Shown: positions 49,087-60,800 of the stretch, in pieces | Numbering within the stretch: position 1 is the stretch's first letter | Layout of the letters: every line of letters begins with the position of its first letter | Source of the DNA: Dendrobates tinctorius | Taxonomy: Eukaryota | NCBI RefSeq assembly: GCF_039654945.1 | Contig: NW_027361731.1 | Span: 558,001-622,000 of the forward strand | Length of the DNA stretch: 64,000 nucleotides | Direction: 5' to 3' | Translations under genes and position numbers: made by a program | The notes under the pieces: generated by a model | Database searches by the model: none | What the model was told of the DNA's origin: nothing | What the model saw: the letters and a program-made list of their open reading frames with translations, nothing else

Positions 49087-51372
49087 ATGGGAAGAAGCCA
49101 CACTCGACATAGACAACGAGCAACTTATTCATCTTGTGCAAGAGTGGGTACCGTTGTGGGACACCCGTGACCGTCAGCACTCCAACAATGTGGTGATTTG
49201 ACAGCTCTGGGAAGAAGTGGCAACATCACTGCTGCCTGATTGGGACCGTGCCGCGCAGCGAGCCAGAACTGATTTTGGTAAATATTGCAATGTGGTCTGG
49301 ATCGGCAGTGAACCTGTGGACGGATGTGCATTGTTTTCTAATTTTTTTTTTTCTTCACAGTGAAGCGAATCAAAATCCATTGGCGCTCATTGAAGGACCG
49401 CTTCAACAAGGACATGGGACATGAGAGAGGAGCTTCGGGTTCGAAGTAGTTCTGCTGCAAGGTTCCGCAAATACAAGTACCACCGGGACCATGCCTTTCA
49501 GAGGCCTGTGCTTGCTCAGTGAACGTAAGTTATTTTTCTTTTTACTAATGTTTAATTTTTTTCCACACACAGAACCGGGAGCAGCACAACACAACCTTGA
49601 TTTTTACACTAATGATTTTATCTTTTCCACACAGAACCTGGTGCAGCGCCACACAACCCGGATCATCTTCGGTTGAAGCGGCCCCTCATCTACCAGCCAC
49701 TGAACAGACGCTGTTGTGAGTTCATTTTCCCCTTCGTCACTGAGGTCTGGTGAACTCCCTATTCTGGTGAAGGAAGGTAATGAGCCTGATTATCAGGCAC
49801 CTGAACCTGATGAGGATGACTGGCTGAGTGGAGTCACGGACTGGATATAAGGCTGCCGACGCCCTTCTGCCCTGCGGGTGATTTCTCTGTGGACTTCTAG
49901 GAAACCAGTCTGATTCCTGCTCCTCTAAGCTAAGTTTTTCTGCTTTGCCTGTTTGCATTAGTGTTTTGTTTTTGTTTTCCTTGCTTTTCTGGATTCTGCA
50001 ATTCCCTGCTGGGGTGAGCTGAATCTCCTTTTGCCTGTAGCTCTGTCTTCAGTATATTCCTGAGTACTGACATAGCTTTTTTGAAGCCTAGCGTCTTCAG
50101 GGCCTTTTTCACTGTCTGTCTGTTGGCTCTTATTTTCATAGGGTTTTTCACGGATTGCAGACAGCAGCCTTCCTGTCCTTTTCTATCTAGCTAGATTGGG
50201 CCCCGTCTTTGCTCAGTCTATCTTTCTGCCTGTGTTGGTGTTTTCATCTTGCTTCACCATCATTATATGTTGGGGGCTGCCTATTGCTTTGGCGTCTGCT
50301 CTGGGGCAGTTTAGTTTTCCCCTTTCTTTCTTTAGGCCTAGCTATTTCTCCGGCTGTGATCGAGGGGTCTAGGGCATCGTAGGAACCCCCCACGGCTACT
50401 GCTAGTTGTGTTGATAGGTTCAGGGGTCTGCAATCCGATAGCTGCCAACTTCTCTGGTTTTCTGGACTTAGCTAGCATTTCTGTTTTTGCCTCCTACGGT
50501 GACTCGATCATAACAAGACGCAGTCCCAGTCATCCACCAGCGATGGAGCAACCTTGCAGGCTTCACAGGCTGGGGAAGAGGCAACCGGTCCATCAGGTTT
50601 TCCCCACACCCAGCCCTCTGCCGCTGCTTTTGCTGGGTCTTCTCGTCAGTTACAGAGGACCTGGGAGAGGTCAAGCATGCCCGAGTTTCTGCAATTAAGA
50701 TTGGTCTTCCAGGATGGGATTAGGTTGATTGCTGCCAGAGTGATGAGTGGGTTCGATAAAGTCAACTAAAGCCTTGATTGCCTGGAAGCTGACCTTAAGA
50801 AACCGGCGCAACCTTTTTTTTCTACAATTCAGCGGAGCGTGTCGGAAAACCTTACGCCTCAACTCCCGCTGAACGTCATGCAGGCCTGCCCGGTTGCATA
50901 CAGCCATGCATTACAACAGCAGCAGCAGTCCCAGCAGCAGTCACAATCCTACAATAAACAGGCCGGCAGATATTACCAGCAGCCAATCTACTTTCCAGCT
51001 CCCACAGCACCGAACTATCTGCCACCACCACTGCCTCCAGTTCACCGAGCGACCACGCTGCCAAGTCCTTCAACCCTGCAGCCGGCAGCATCCACCATGC
51101 TCCAGATTTCAGCACCCATGCAGCCAGCAGGATCAACGATGCTGCCCAGTCCAGCACCCCTGCCCAGTCCAGCACCCCTGCCCATTCCAGCACCCCTGCC
51201 CAGTACAGCACCCCTGCAGCCAGAAGTATCCACAATGCAGCCCAGTCCAGCACCATGCCAGATGACTGCTACAGAGCCCAGCACTCCCACTCGGCCAAGA
51301 AAAGCGAGGTCCAAAAAAAAAATCTTGGCATCAGTACCAAAACCAGGAGCCAAAAAAATCTGCCCACCTTGA
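49087..51372 (+). pseudogene. Harbinger Myb/SANT-like (MADF) DNA-binding protein gene, intron-containing and disrupted
   Basis: IDNEQLIHLVQEWVPLWDTRDRQHSNNVVI*QLWEEVA...|VKRIKIHWRSLKDRFNK...KYKYH; BESS-like and Pro/Gln-rich C-terminus; interrupted by a solo LTR. Confidence 0.8.
49712..50515 (+). mobile_element. Solo LTR
   Basis: TGTTGTGA...TCATAACA termini; AGACGC duplicated on both sides; TATA at ~49845. Confidence 0.87.
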
Positions 51373-51494
51373 ACCCACCACCTCCACCCTCTCCTACCAA
51401 TTTGTCACTACCTTCCCTTGTGTCTCTGTCTGTTCCTTCCAGTTTGTCTATCGATTCCCATGATTCCACTTTGTCATCTATCCCCAATGTCTCC

Positions 51495-52339
51495 TGTTAG
51501 GAACGGCAGAACGCACTAATTAAAATAAATAATAAAGTGCGTTCGCCACTCGGGGTCCACCGTGCAGAAGGTGTTATAACTGCTGCTAAGTAATGGTAGA
51601 CGTGCTATATGGCGGTATAATGTGCACGGGGTTAAACGTCACCCAGATGCGCAGAGCAATCACTGTTTAATCACAGAGATGCCAGTAAGGGAAAACACAA
51701 AAAGGCTGAGCCTGTTAGCGTCACAGGTCTCAGATATATGCACACACGGTATCAGGTCACAGATGCAGGACCCAAGGCAGAAGGAACTGCGTCCGTCTAG
51801 ACCTACCGTGTGTGCGGTGTCACTACAGCAGGCGCCAGAGAGAGCTGCAACTGCAGCGCGGCGTAGGACACTGCCATGAGACGATAGTGCCGTGAGGAGT
51901 AGCACAAGCGGACGCTAGTGGAGAGGCGCGATGTGCACAGTGGCCTAAGAAGTGCCACTGACTGGCGCTGACTGCTGAACTAATTCCCTATCCACATGCA
52001 TAATATCAGGAAAGGGGTTTCAAATGAGTCAGTCACCAGAATCATATATCCGTCACCGTTCACACATCTAGCAAGTAATGTCTATACTAGCGCATGGTCG
52101 AACAGCCATGCGGCCCTTTTATAGCCGTGCGCTGCCGGGACCTTCCAGATCTCTGAGATGGACCAATGAGATCAGGAGAAGGACCTGAGCACGTGAATCC
52201 CGACCTACAATGGGAGATCGTCTCATGAGCATGCTCAGAGGAGCGGCAGAGGGACTTAGCCTCAGGAGTAACTTGCTGCGATACAGTATGTGAGGCTCTG
52301 GACTCCTGCTGTGTAGCCGCAGGAATCCGACGCCTAACA
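51495..52339 (-). mobile_element. Solo LTR related to the 44694-47813 LTRs
   Basis: TGTTAGG...CCTAACA termini; GTCTCC duplicated on both sides; shares GTTCGCC..GGGGTCCACCGTGC and ATACTAGCGCATGG...TTTTATAG motifs. Confidence 0.88.
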
Positions 52340-52860
52340 GTCTCCACTGCTATCCCTGATCCAATCCTTCAATTTGTTGCCCCTTTCCTTGTAGACCCTT
52401 CCCCTGTAACCCCTTCCTCATCAAATACCACCCAGTCCTCACAGCTCCACACCCCCCAAGGTCCTCCCCATTTCACCCTTACGTAAACCACGAAGAAAAA
52501 ATCAAATTACCCCAACCTTAATCATTTTTTTTACAGTAAGTGTTGAAACTAAAAGTTGTAAAAGTGTTTAAAATAAAAGTTGCATTTTGTTAGCAGTATA
52601 TCTTGTTTTTTTATCTTTATACGCTGCCGCCTACACAAACACACTTGATTTTTGAGGTAAGGTATGACACAAACACACTTTTTTTTGAGGAAAGGTAGTT
52701 TATATTTAACTCAGCAAACATCAGGGGTAAATTTTTACATTACATGTACATGTTAACATAACAGGTACATTTAAACATAACAGGTATGTAATATTTGACA
52801 TTACAGGTATGTTTTAAACAAAACAGGTACAAAACATAACAGGACATTTAACTTAGCGGC

Positions 52861-54220
52861 TTAAATAATTTCGTCTTGCCATGCCACACGTCCATTATCT
52901 GAAACAAAGTAAGCGGCAAACTTATACTTCTTCTGGGCAACTTCCACTGTGGTTCTCAGAGAGTGAAATTGGTAATCATGCAATGTAACAGGTTCCTCAG
53001 GTTGTAAGCTTGGTCGCTCTTTTACCATGATATAGTTGTGCAGAACAACACACGCTTTCACAACCTCATCAATACTGTCAATTTTTAGATTAATGGATGT
53101 GCGATACCAGCAATCCAAATGCACACTCCACGGTTCTTCGTGCCCTTGTCAGTCTGTAGTTGAAATTTTTTTTGTGTGTGATTTAAGTTTCTACTAGAGT
53201 ATGGTTTAATGAGGTTGGCACACATTTGGAACGCCTCATCTCCAACAATAACAAAAGCATTGGCGGTCCATCAGTGTCGCGCAGAGGTCGTGGTGGCGGA
53301 AAATTAAAATCATTCCCATACACATATTGGCCCATGTCTGAGTTTTTGAACGTCTGTGAGTCATTGCCCACGGCAACAAATCTACAATCGGCATCCGCAA
53401 TAGCCATTAGAACAATGGAAAAATATTTTTTATTATTGAAGCACTCTGTTCCACTTCCAGCTGGTTTCATAATCCTAATGTGTTTGCCATCCACAGCCCC
53501 TACACAGTTAGGAAAATTGCAAATTTCCTGGAAACATTTTCAATCCAGAGTTCACGTGTGGGTTGGGGAGGAATTCTTGCTGCAGAATGCCAGCTAAAGC
53601 ATGACAAGTGTCTACAATAATCACAGAAAGGGTGGATACCCCAATCCGGAATTGGAAATGTAATGATGACAATGTCTTTCCAGAAGCCAGGAATCTGCGG
53701 AAAAGAAAATGAAAAACAAAAATCAGTACACTGCTTAGGGATAGGGTAGGGAGAGGGATAGGGTTATTTGTGACAGGTGTTTCTTTTTCAACACTACATA
53801 CCTCAGGGTGACCAAGAGACATTCTTCAGCAGGAATAGCTTGACGGAGCTGTGTGTCCTGCCTGGGAATGGATCCTTGGACACGTAGCAGCAAGTCATGG
53901 AAGCTCTGATGCGATATCCTTGTGTAGTCAAAAAGCTTCTCCGGGTTTTGCTGCAGTTCTCTGTACAAAGAGTGGTAGGCTCCACGGCTCTCTCGGAGTT
54001 CAAGGATGCGGTGTTGCCAATAGCGATGATGACGTCTTCTCAGTCTTTCTCTTCTTCTGTCTTCTTGACAAGCAAAAGCAAAGGCAGCAGCCAACTTCAG
54101 TTGTAAATCCAGATCTTCTTGGAAGCTGTCCAGGTCAAGATCCTTCCTGCAGGTAGATACAACAGCCAAAGACGAGGATTTTCTCAGTGCAGTGTGTCTA
54201 TATATATATAGAAATCCCAT
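52861..54220 (-). pseudogene. Harbinger DDE transposase (HARBI1-like), disrupted, with an intron at ~53696-53800
   Basis: RYWQHRILELRESRGAYHSLYREL...AIPAEECLLVTLR|FLASG...FPNCVGAVDGKHIRIMKPAGSG...KKYFSIVLMAIADAD...VVKACVVLHNYI. Confidence 0.9.
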
Positions 54221-55083
54221 GAGATATGCCTACTGGGTGTCTGATGTCAAGGAAAAGCTACTGGAAAAAATTTTACATTTCTAACGAATGCACATAAAAA
54301 ACGCAAACACATGCAAAAACGCACACACGCATGTAAACGCAGCGTTTTTTTTACGTCATGTGTAAGATGATGCGGATAAAAAACGCTGTGTAAACATGCA
54401 TTGGATGCGTTTTTGCATGCGTTTGGGAATGCGGATGATACGCTGCGGAATCAAATGCAAATGTGAACCTAGCCTTATTGGGGTGCATATGACTTGGTAG
54501 CAGGGCAGGCCTTGCAGTCAATGCATAAGACAAGAGTTTGGGAGTACGAAATGAATAATGTGAAGTGGATTTTCCTGTGCCCTTCCAGTAGGTGGCTTGC
54601 AAAGCTTACTGGGGTGCATGTAAATTTGGGGCAGGCCAGGCCTTGAATTCAATGCAACATTTTTTCAGGAAGCATTTCTGTACCTCTCGTGAAAGGGGTG
54701 TTGGGGTGCGTCATAATTCTTGACAGCCCATCCACTCACTGCATAGGCAATAACAGCATAGGAGACCCACTGCTTAATAATGGCCATTTAAGAAGATTAA
54801 TGCTGCCTGATGCCTCTGTAAAAATAAGCTCTGTGACTTTAAGAGTCCCTCCTTCATCAATGAAACAAGATGTGTCTGCTTATGTGTCACACACCACATG
54901 GACAGCTAGGGTTGTTAAATGTTACAATGACATTTCCCAGTGAATGCATTTATATTGGTTGAAAGCAATGCTGAAGTTGCAAAACGCCTCAAAAACGCTG
55001 TGTGAGCGTCATGATCCAAGGTGGATCTGACAAGTAAATGGACAAAGTGAACTTTTTTTTCCTTTGGCTTGGTGCCAAAGTGG

Positions 55084-56169
55084 TGTGATTGCCCCCGGTG
55101 GCCATTAGAATTATTACACGTGGTGTCGTTCATTCTAAGTCGCCCCGGTGGTGGTGAGCGGTAGTGCACTTTAGTTTCTTTGGTTTAATGTGCACGTAAT
55201 TATAAATCAGGTGTGAGGCTCTATAAAAGAGAGTCAGGTGTGTTCAATCACTGTTGGTGATATTGTGAGTTAGTCATTCTGAAGGAAGCCTGAGTGAAAG
55301 AAGGAGCTGAATGAGAGTCCTGGGCAGCCAAGCCAGAGGGGTTGAGTCAGCTATGGAGTCTGCATGGAGGGCTGGCATGGCGTGGTGGAATCGCAGTTTA
55401 TGGTGTCAGCAGGAGGTGCTTGCATGGCTTGGTGGAGTGGCGACGATGGTGAGAGTTGCACTCAGCATGCTGGACTTGGTTGCAGAAAACTGGACTCAAG
55501 CATGCTGGACTTTTTGGCAGAAGCTGGACTCATCTTTGGGACTCTGTTTACTGGGCAGCTGCAACTGGTGGTAGACTCTGCTCCAAGGCTGCACTATGGT
55601 GATGGATCCGGTTATGGTGATGGATCTGGGTGGAGAAGATGCACGCAGGTGGTGGGCTCTGTTGCTAGGAGCGTACGCAACAGAGCAAAGCTAAGTTTTG
55701 TTCCCCCTGTATTGTCATTTTCCCTTGTGTGTGTTTAGTGCAGTGGTGGGATTAGTTTCCGCACCGGCCAATTCCCTAGTGAGGGTTTAGGGTCAGGGCG
55801 AGTCAAGGTTTTAAGGTTCCTGTGCATCGCCTGGTGCGGAACCGGCATAGGGAAAGTTAGGAGTGCAGGGACTCTGGCTCAGGGGAGTGCAGGAGGTCTC
55901 CACGTCCCTATTCCCTATCGCAGGGCCCACCATTGCTAATGTTACCCAGGTTCCCCTTTATTATTTAAATTCGCCTAACTGGAGGTGGGGTTTCCAGACT
56001 ATTGTATAAATACGTGTAATACCTAAATTCGCCAGTTGGAGGCGGTGTATCCAGCTGCACATCTTATTATTTAAATTCGCCCAACTGGAGGCGGTGTATC
56101 CAGGGTCACGTGTGTCATATGGGTTCGCCTTATGGTACTCGCTGCGTCCAGACACACGTGACCGTGACA
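55084..56169 (+). mobile_element. Probable solo LTR
   Basis: TGTGA...TGACA termini; TATAAAA at ~55222; triplicated TAAATTCGCC..CTGGAGG motif near the 3' end; TSD imperfect (GTGG/GTGA). Confidence 0.6.
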
Positions 56170-56659
56170 GTGAGAACATAGCCCAAATGGTGGAGAAACC
56201 TTTTTGTTTTCAGTTAATAATTTTGGCTTAGATAAAAGTCATTAACCTGGAAAGGATGTTCCTTAACATATTTCCCAGCAAAATACATTTTGCTTTCGTT
56301 TTTGTAGGTTTTTTTGGTGCGACTGTAAAAAGGGCGTGAAACTCTGACAACATTGTTTAGAGCTGTGACCTAGGAGTGAGAAATGCTTCCAGGGGCAGTT
56401 GCCATGATGTTCCCGTGGCATTTTTGCAGTGTTTCCATCATTTTCTGATGTTTTTAGACCTTGAAAGGATACCCGGGAGGGATCGCAGTAAAAATGCTTG
56501 GGTCTCCCATAGACTTACATTGGGCTCGTTGTTCTGTCTGAGAACCCGAGTATTCCAATTGGCTCGACCCGAGCAACAAGCACCCAAGCATTTTAGTGCT
56601 CGCTCATCACTAGTTTATAACTGTTCGGTCGAACCCCAAACATCCAGGGGTTCACTCAT

Positions 56660-57585
56660 CAAAACTCATGAGAGATTGCTAAACCAATTTTAAGGTTCAT
56701 TTTCTCCTGTTAACCTTGTAAAAATAAAAAAATAGGGACCAAAAAGATTATTTTGGTTGGGAAAATGTGATTTTTTTATTTTCATTCCTCAATATTATGA
56801 ACTTCTATGAAGCACCTGGGGGTTTAAGGTGCGCACCATACATCTAGATGAATCCCTTGAGAGGTCTAGTTTCCAAAATGGGGTCACTTGATGGGGTTTC
56901 CACTCTTTGGGCACTTCAGGGGCTCTCCAAATGTGGCACAGTGTCTGTTAATGACTCCAGCAATTTTTTGGGATACACAAAGTAAAATCGCGCTCCTTCC
57001 CTTCCGAAGCCTGCCATGCGCCCAAATAGTACTTTTGCTCAACATATGGGATAACAAATTTTGCAGTTCGTTTTCTCCTGGTACCCTTGTGAAAGTTAAA
57101 AAATTGTGTCTAATGTAAAATATTTGTGAAAAAAGTTAAATGTTCATTTTTTTCTTCCACTTGAAACACCTGAAGGGTTAATAAACTTCTTGAATGTGGT
57201 TTTGAGAACCTTGAGGGGTGCAGTTTTGGGGTATTTTCTGTCATATAGGCCCCTCAAAGTCATTTCCAATGTGATGTGGTCCCTAAAAAAAGGGTTTTAT
57301 AAATTTGTGGGTAAAATATAAGGTCGCTGGTCAACTTAGAACCCTTATAACTTCCTAACAAAAACAATGATATTTCAAAAATTGTGCTGATGTAAAGTAG
57401 ACATGTGGGAAATGTTATTTATTAACTATTTTGTGTGACACGACTCTATGATTTAAGGGCATAAAAGAGAAACATTTCATAACTTCAACATTTTCATAAA
57501 ATTTCTGATTTTCTCATAAATAAGCACAAGTCATAGCAAAGAAATGTTACCACTATCATAAAGTACAATAAGTCCCGAGAAATAT
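56660..57585 (+). mobile_element. Fragment of the same piggyBac-type family as 24751-29484
   Basis: Colinear similarity with 28400-29360 (e.g. AAGGGTTAATAAACTTCTTGAATGTGGTTTTGAG, CCCTTATAACTTCCTAACAAAA). Confidence 0.85.
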
Positions 57586-57689
57586 GCCGCCATATAGTAG
57601 TCGTCCGGTCACTGGTGATAATTCCCTCATGTGTGGGGTCTATTTGTCTCCAGAGAAATCACACGTTACATTCCACACACAACACTGTG

Positions 57690-57884
57690 TAGAAAAGGCG
57701 GCGCGGGGTAATTGTGCCAGTAGTGAGGGGGAATAATGGCGGGAAGGTCACTGACTGAGGAGAAGTCTCCATGTCTGCACTCCGGAGATCATGTGACCCC
57801 TGACTCCTCCCCTCCTGTGACCTCATCACAGGTCCTGTGCGCACAGAGCAGCCATATATGTGGAGTGCAGCTGTGCAGGTTAGT
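57690..57884 (+). promoter_or_regulatory. Putative promoter/first non-coding exon of a further (ZNF-type) gene
   Basis: GC-rich; CATGTGAC and TGTGACCTCATCAC motifs; ends GCAG|GTTAGT (donor-like); 57857-57880 matches the satellite unit upstream of the ZNF gene at 22/24. Confidence 0.45.
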
Positions 57885-60800
57885 GATGGGCAGTCTGGGG
57901 CTTCTTGCTCCTTTCCCCTCTTTTCTCCCTCCTGTCCCTTCACTATAAAGCCTGGGCCTCATTATACAGCTGTACAGGGGTCTAGTGATGGGCAGTCCGG
58001 CTCTTCTTGCTCCTTTCCCCTCTTTTCTCCCTCCAGTCCCTTCACTATAAAGCCTGGGCCTCATTATACAGCTGTACAGGGGTCTAGTGATGTGCAGTCC
58101 GGTTCTTCTTGCTCCTTTACCCTCTTTTCTCCCTCCAGTTCCTTCACTATAAAGCCTGGGCCTCATTATACAGCTGTATGGGGTCTAGTGATGGGCAGTC
58201 CGGCTCTTCTTGCTCTTTCCCCTCTTTTCTCCCTCCAGTCCCTTCACTATAAAGCCTGGGCCTCATTATACAGCTGTACAGGGGTCTAGTGATGGGCAGT
58301 CCAGCTCTTCTTGCTCCTTTCCCCTCTTTTCTCCCTCCTGTCCCTTCACTATAAAGCCTGGGCCTCATTATACAGCTGTACAGGGGTCTAGTGATGGGCA
58401 GTCCGGCTCTTCTTGCTACTTTCCCCTCTTTTCTCTCTCCAGTCCCTTCACTATAAAGCCTGGGCCTCATTATACAGCTGCACAGGGGTCTAGTGATGGG
58501 CAGCCCGGCTATTCTTGCTCCTTTCCCTCTTTTCTCCCTCCAGTCCCTACACTATAAAGCCTGGGCCTCATTATACAGCTGTACAGGGGTCTAGTGATGG
58601 GCAGTCCGGCTCTTCTTGCTCCTTTCCCCTCTTTTCTCCCTCCTGTCTCTTCACTATAAAGCCTGGGCCTCATTATACAGCTGTACAGGGCTCTAGTGGT
58701 GGGCAGTCTGGCTCTTCTTGCTACTTTCCCCTCTTTTCTCCCTCCAGTCCCTTCACTATAAAGCCTGGGCCTCATTATACAGCTGTACAGGGGTCTAGTG
58801 ATGTGCAGTCCGGCTCTTCTTGCTCCTTTCCCCTCTTTTCTCCCTCCAGTCCCTTCACTATAAAGCCTGGGCCTCATTATACAGCTGTACAGGGGTCTAG
58901 TGATGGGCAGTCCGGCTCTTCTTGCTCCTTTCCCCTCTTTTCTCCCTCCAGTCCCTTCACTATAAAGCCTGGGCCTCATTATACAGCTGTACAGGGGTCT
59001 AGTGATGGGCAGTCCGGCTCTTCTTGCTCCTTTTCCCTCTTTTCTCCCTCCAGTCCCTTCACTATGAAGCCTGGGCCTCATTATACAGCTGTACAGGGGT
59101 CTAGTGATGGGCAGTCCAGCTCTTCTTGTTCCTTTCCCCTCTTTTCTCCCTCCTGTCCCTTCACTATAAAGCCTGGGCCTCATTATACAGCTGTACAGGG
59201 GTCTAGTGATGGGCAGTCCGGCTCTTCTTGCTCCTTTCCCCTCTTTTCTCTCTCCAGTCCCTTCACTATAAAGCCTGGGCCTCATTATACAGCTGTACAG
59301 GGGTCTAGTGATGGGCAGTCCAGCTCTTCTTGCTCCTTTCCCCTCTTTTCTCCCTCCTGTCCCTTCACTATAAAGCCTGGGCCTCATTATACAGCTGTAC
59401 AGGGGTCTAGTGATGGGCAGTCCGGCTCTTCTTGCTCCTTTCCCCTCTTTTCTCCCTCCAGTCCCTTCACTATGAAGCCTGGGCCTCATTATACAGCTGT
59501 ACAGGGGTCTAGTGATGTGCAGTCCGGTTCTTCTTGCTCCTTTACCCTCTTTTCTCCCTCCAGTTCCTTCACTATAAAGCCTGGGCCTCATTATACAGCT
59601 GTACAGGGGTCTAGTGATGGGCAGTCCGGCTCTTCTTGCTCCTTTCCCCTCTTTTCTCCCTCCTGTCTCTTCACTATAAAGCCTGGGCCTCATTATACAG
59701 CTGTACAGGGCTCTAGTGGTGGGCAGTCTGGCTCTTCTTGCTACTTTCCCCTCTTTTCTCCCTCCAGTCCCTTCACTATAAAGCCTGGGCCTCATTATAC
59801 AGCTGTACAGGGGTCTAGTGATGTGCAGTCCGGCTCTTCTTGCTCCTTTCCCCTCTTTTCTCCCTCCAGTCCCTTCACTATAAAGCCTGGGCCTCATTAT
59901 ACAGCTGTACAGGGGTCTAGTGATGGGCAGTCCGGCTCTTCTTGCTCCTTTCCCCTCTTTTCTCCCTCCAGTCCCTTCACTATAAAGCCTGGGCCTCATT
60001 ATACAGCTGTACAGGGGTCTAGTGATGGGCAGTCCGGCTCTTCTTGCTCCTTTTCCCTCTTTTCTCCCTCCAGTCCCTTCACTATGAAGCCTGGGCCTCA
60101 TTATACAGCTGTACAGGGGTCTAGTGATGGGCAGTCCAGCTCTTCTTGTTCCTTTCCCCTCTTTTCTCCCTCCTGTCCCTTCACTATAAAGCCTGGGCCT
60201 CATTATACAGCTGTACAGGGGTCTAGTGATGGGCAGTCCGGCTCTTCTTGCTCCTTTCCCCTCTTTTCTCTCTCCAGTCCCTTCACTATAAAGCCTGGGC
60301 CTCATTATACAGCTGTACAGGGGTCTAGTGATGGGCAGTCCAGCTCTTCTTGCTCCTTTCCCCTCTTTTCTCCCTCCTGTCCCTTCACTATAAAGCCTGG
60401 GCCTCATTATACAGCTGTACAGGGGTCTAGTGATGGGCAGTCCGGCTCTTCTTGCTCCTTTCCCCTCTTTTCTCCCTCCAGTCCCTTCACTATGAAGCCT
60501 GGGCCTCATTATACAGCTGTACAGGGGTCTAGTGATGTGCAGTCCGGTTCTTCTTGCTCCTTTACCCTCTTTTCTCCCTCCAGTTCCTTCACTATAAAGC
60601 CTGGGCCTCATTATACAGCTGTATGGGGTCTAGTGATGGGCAGTCCGGCTCTTCTTGCTCTTTCCCCTCTTTTCTCCCTCCAGTCCCTTCACTATGAAGC
60701 CTGGGCCTCATTATACAGCTGTACAGGGGTCTAGTGATGTGCAGTCCGGCTCTTCTTGCTACTTTCCCCTCTTTTCTCTCTCCAGTCCCTTCACTATAAA

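Larger units (their letters stand above)
47923..54474. mobile_element. Formerly autonomous Harbinger transposon with two convergent genes, decayed
   Basis: TIRs GGCTGGTTTCACATTTGC / GCAAATGTGAACCTAGCC; TTA TSD; MADF gene on + and DDE transposase on -. Confidence 0.92.
38952..56612 (+). mobile_element. Large decayed hAT element hosting multiple nested insertions; left end not seen
   Basis: Subterminal repeats at 38952-39360; transposase pseudogene; 3' repeats (TTATTGGGGTGCATATGACTTGG) rejoin across the insertions; candidate right TIR ...GCTCGCTCATCACTA at 56612. Confidence 0.65.
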
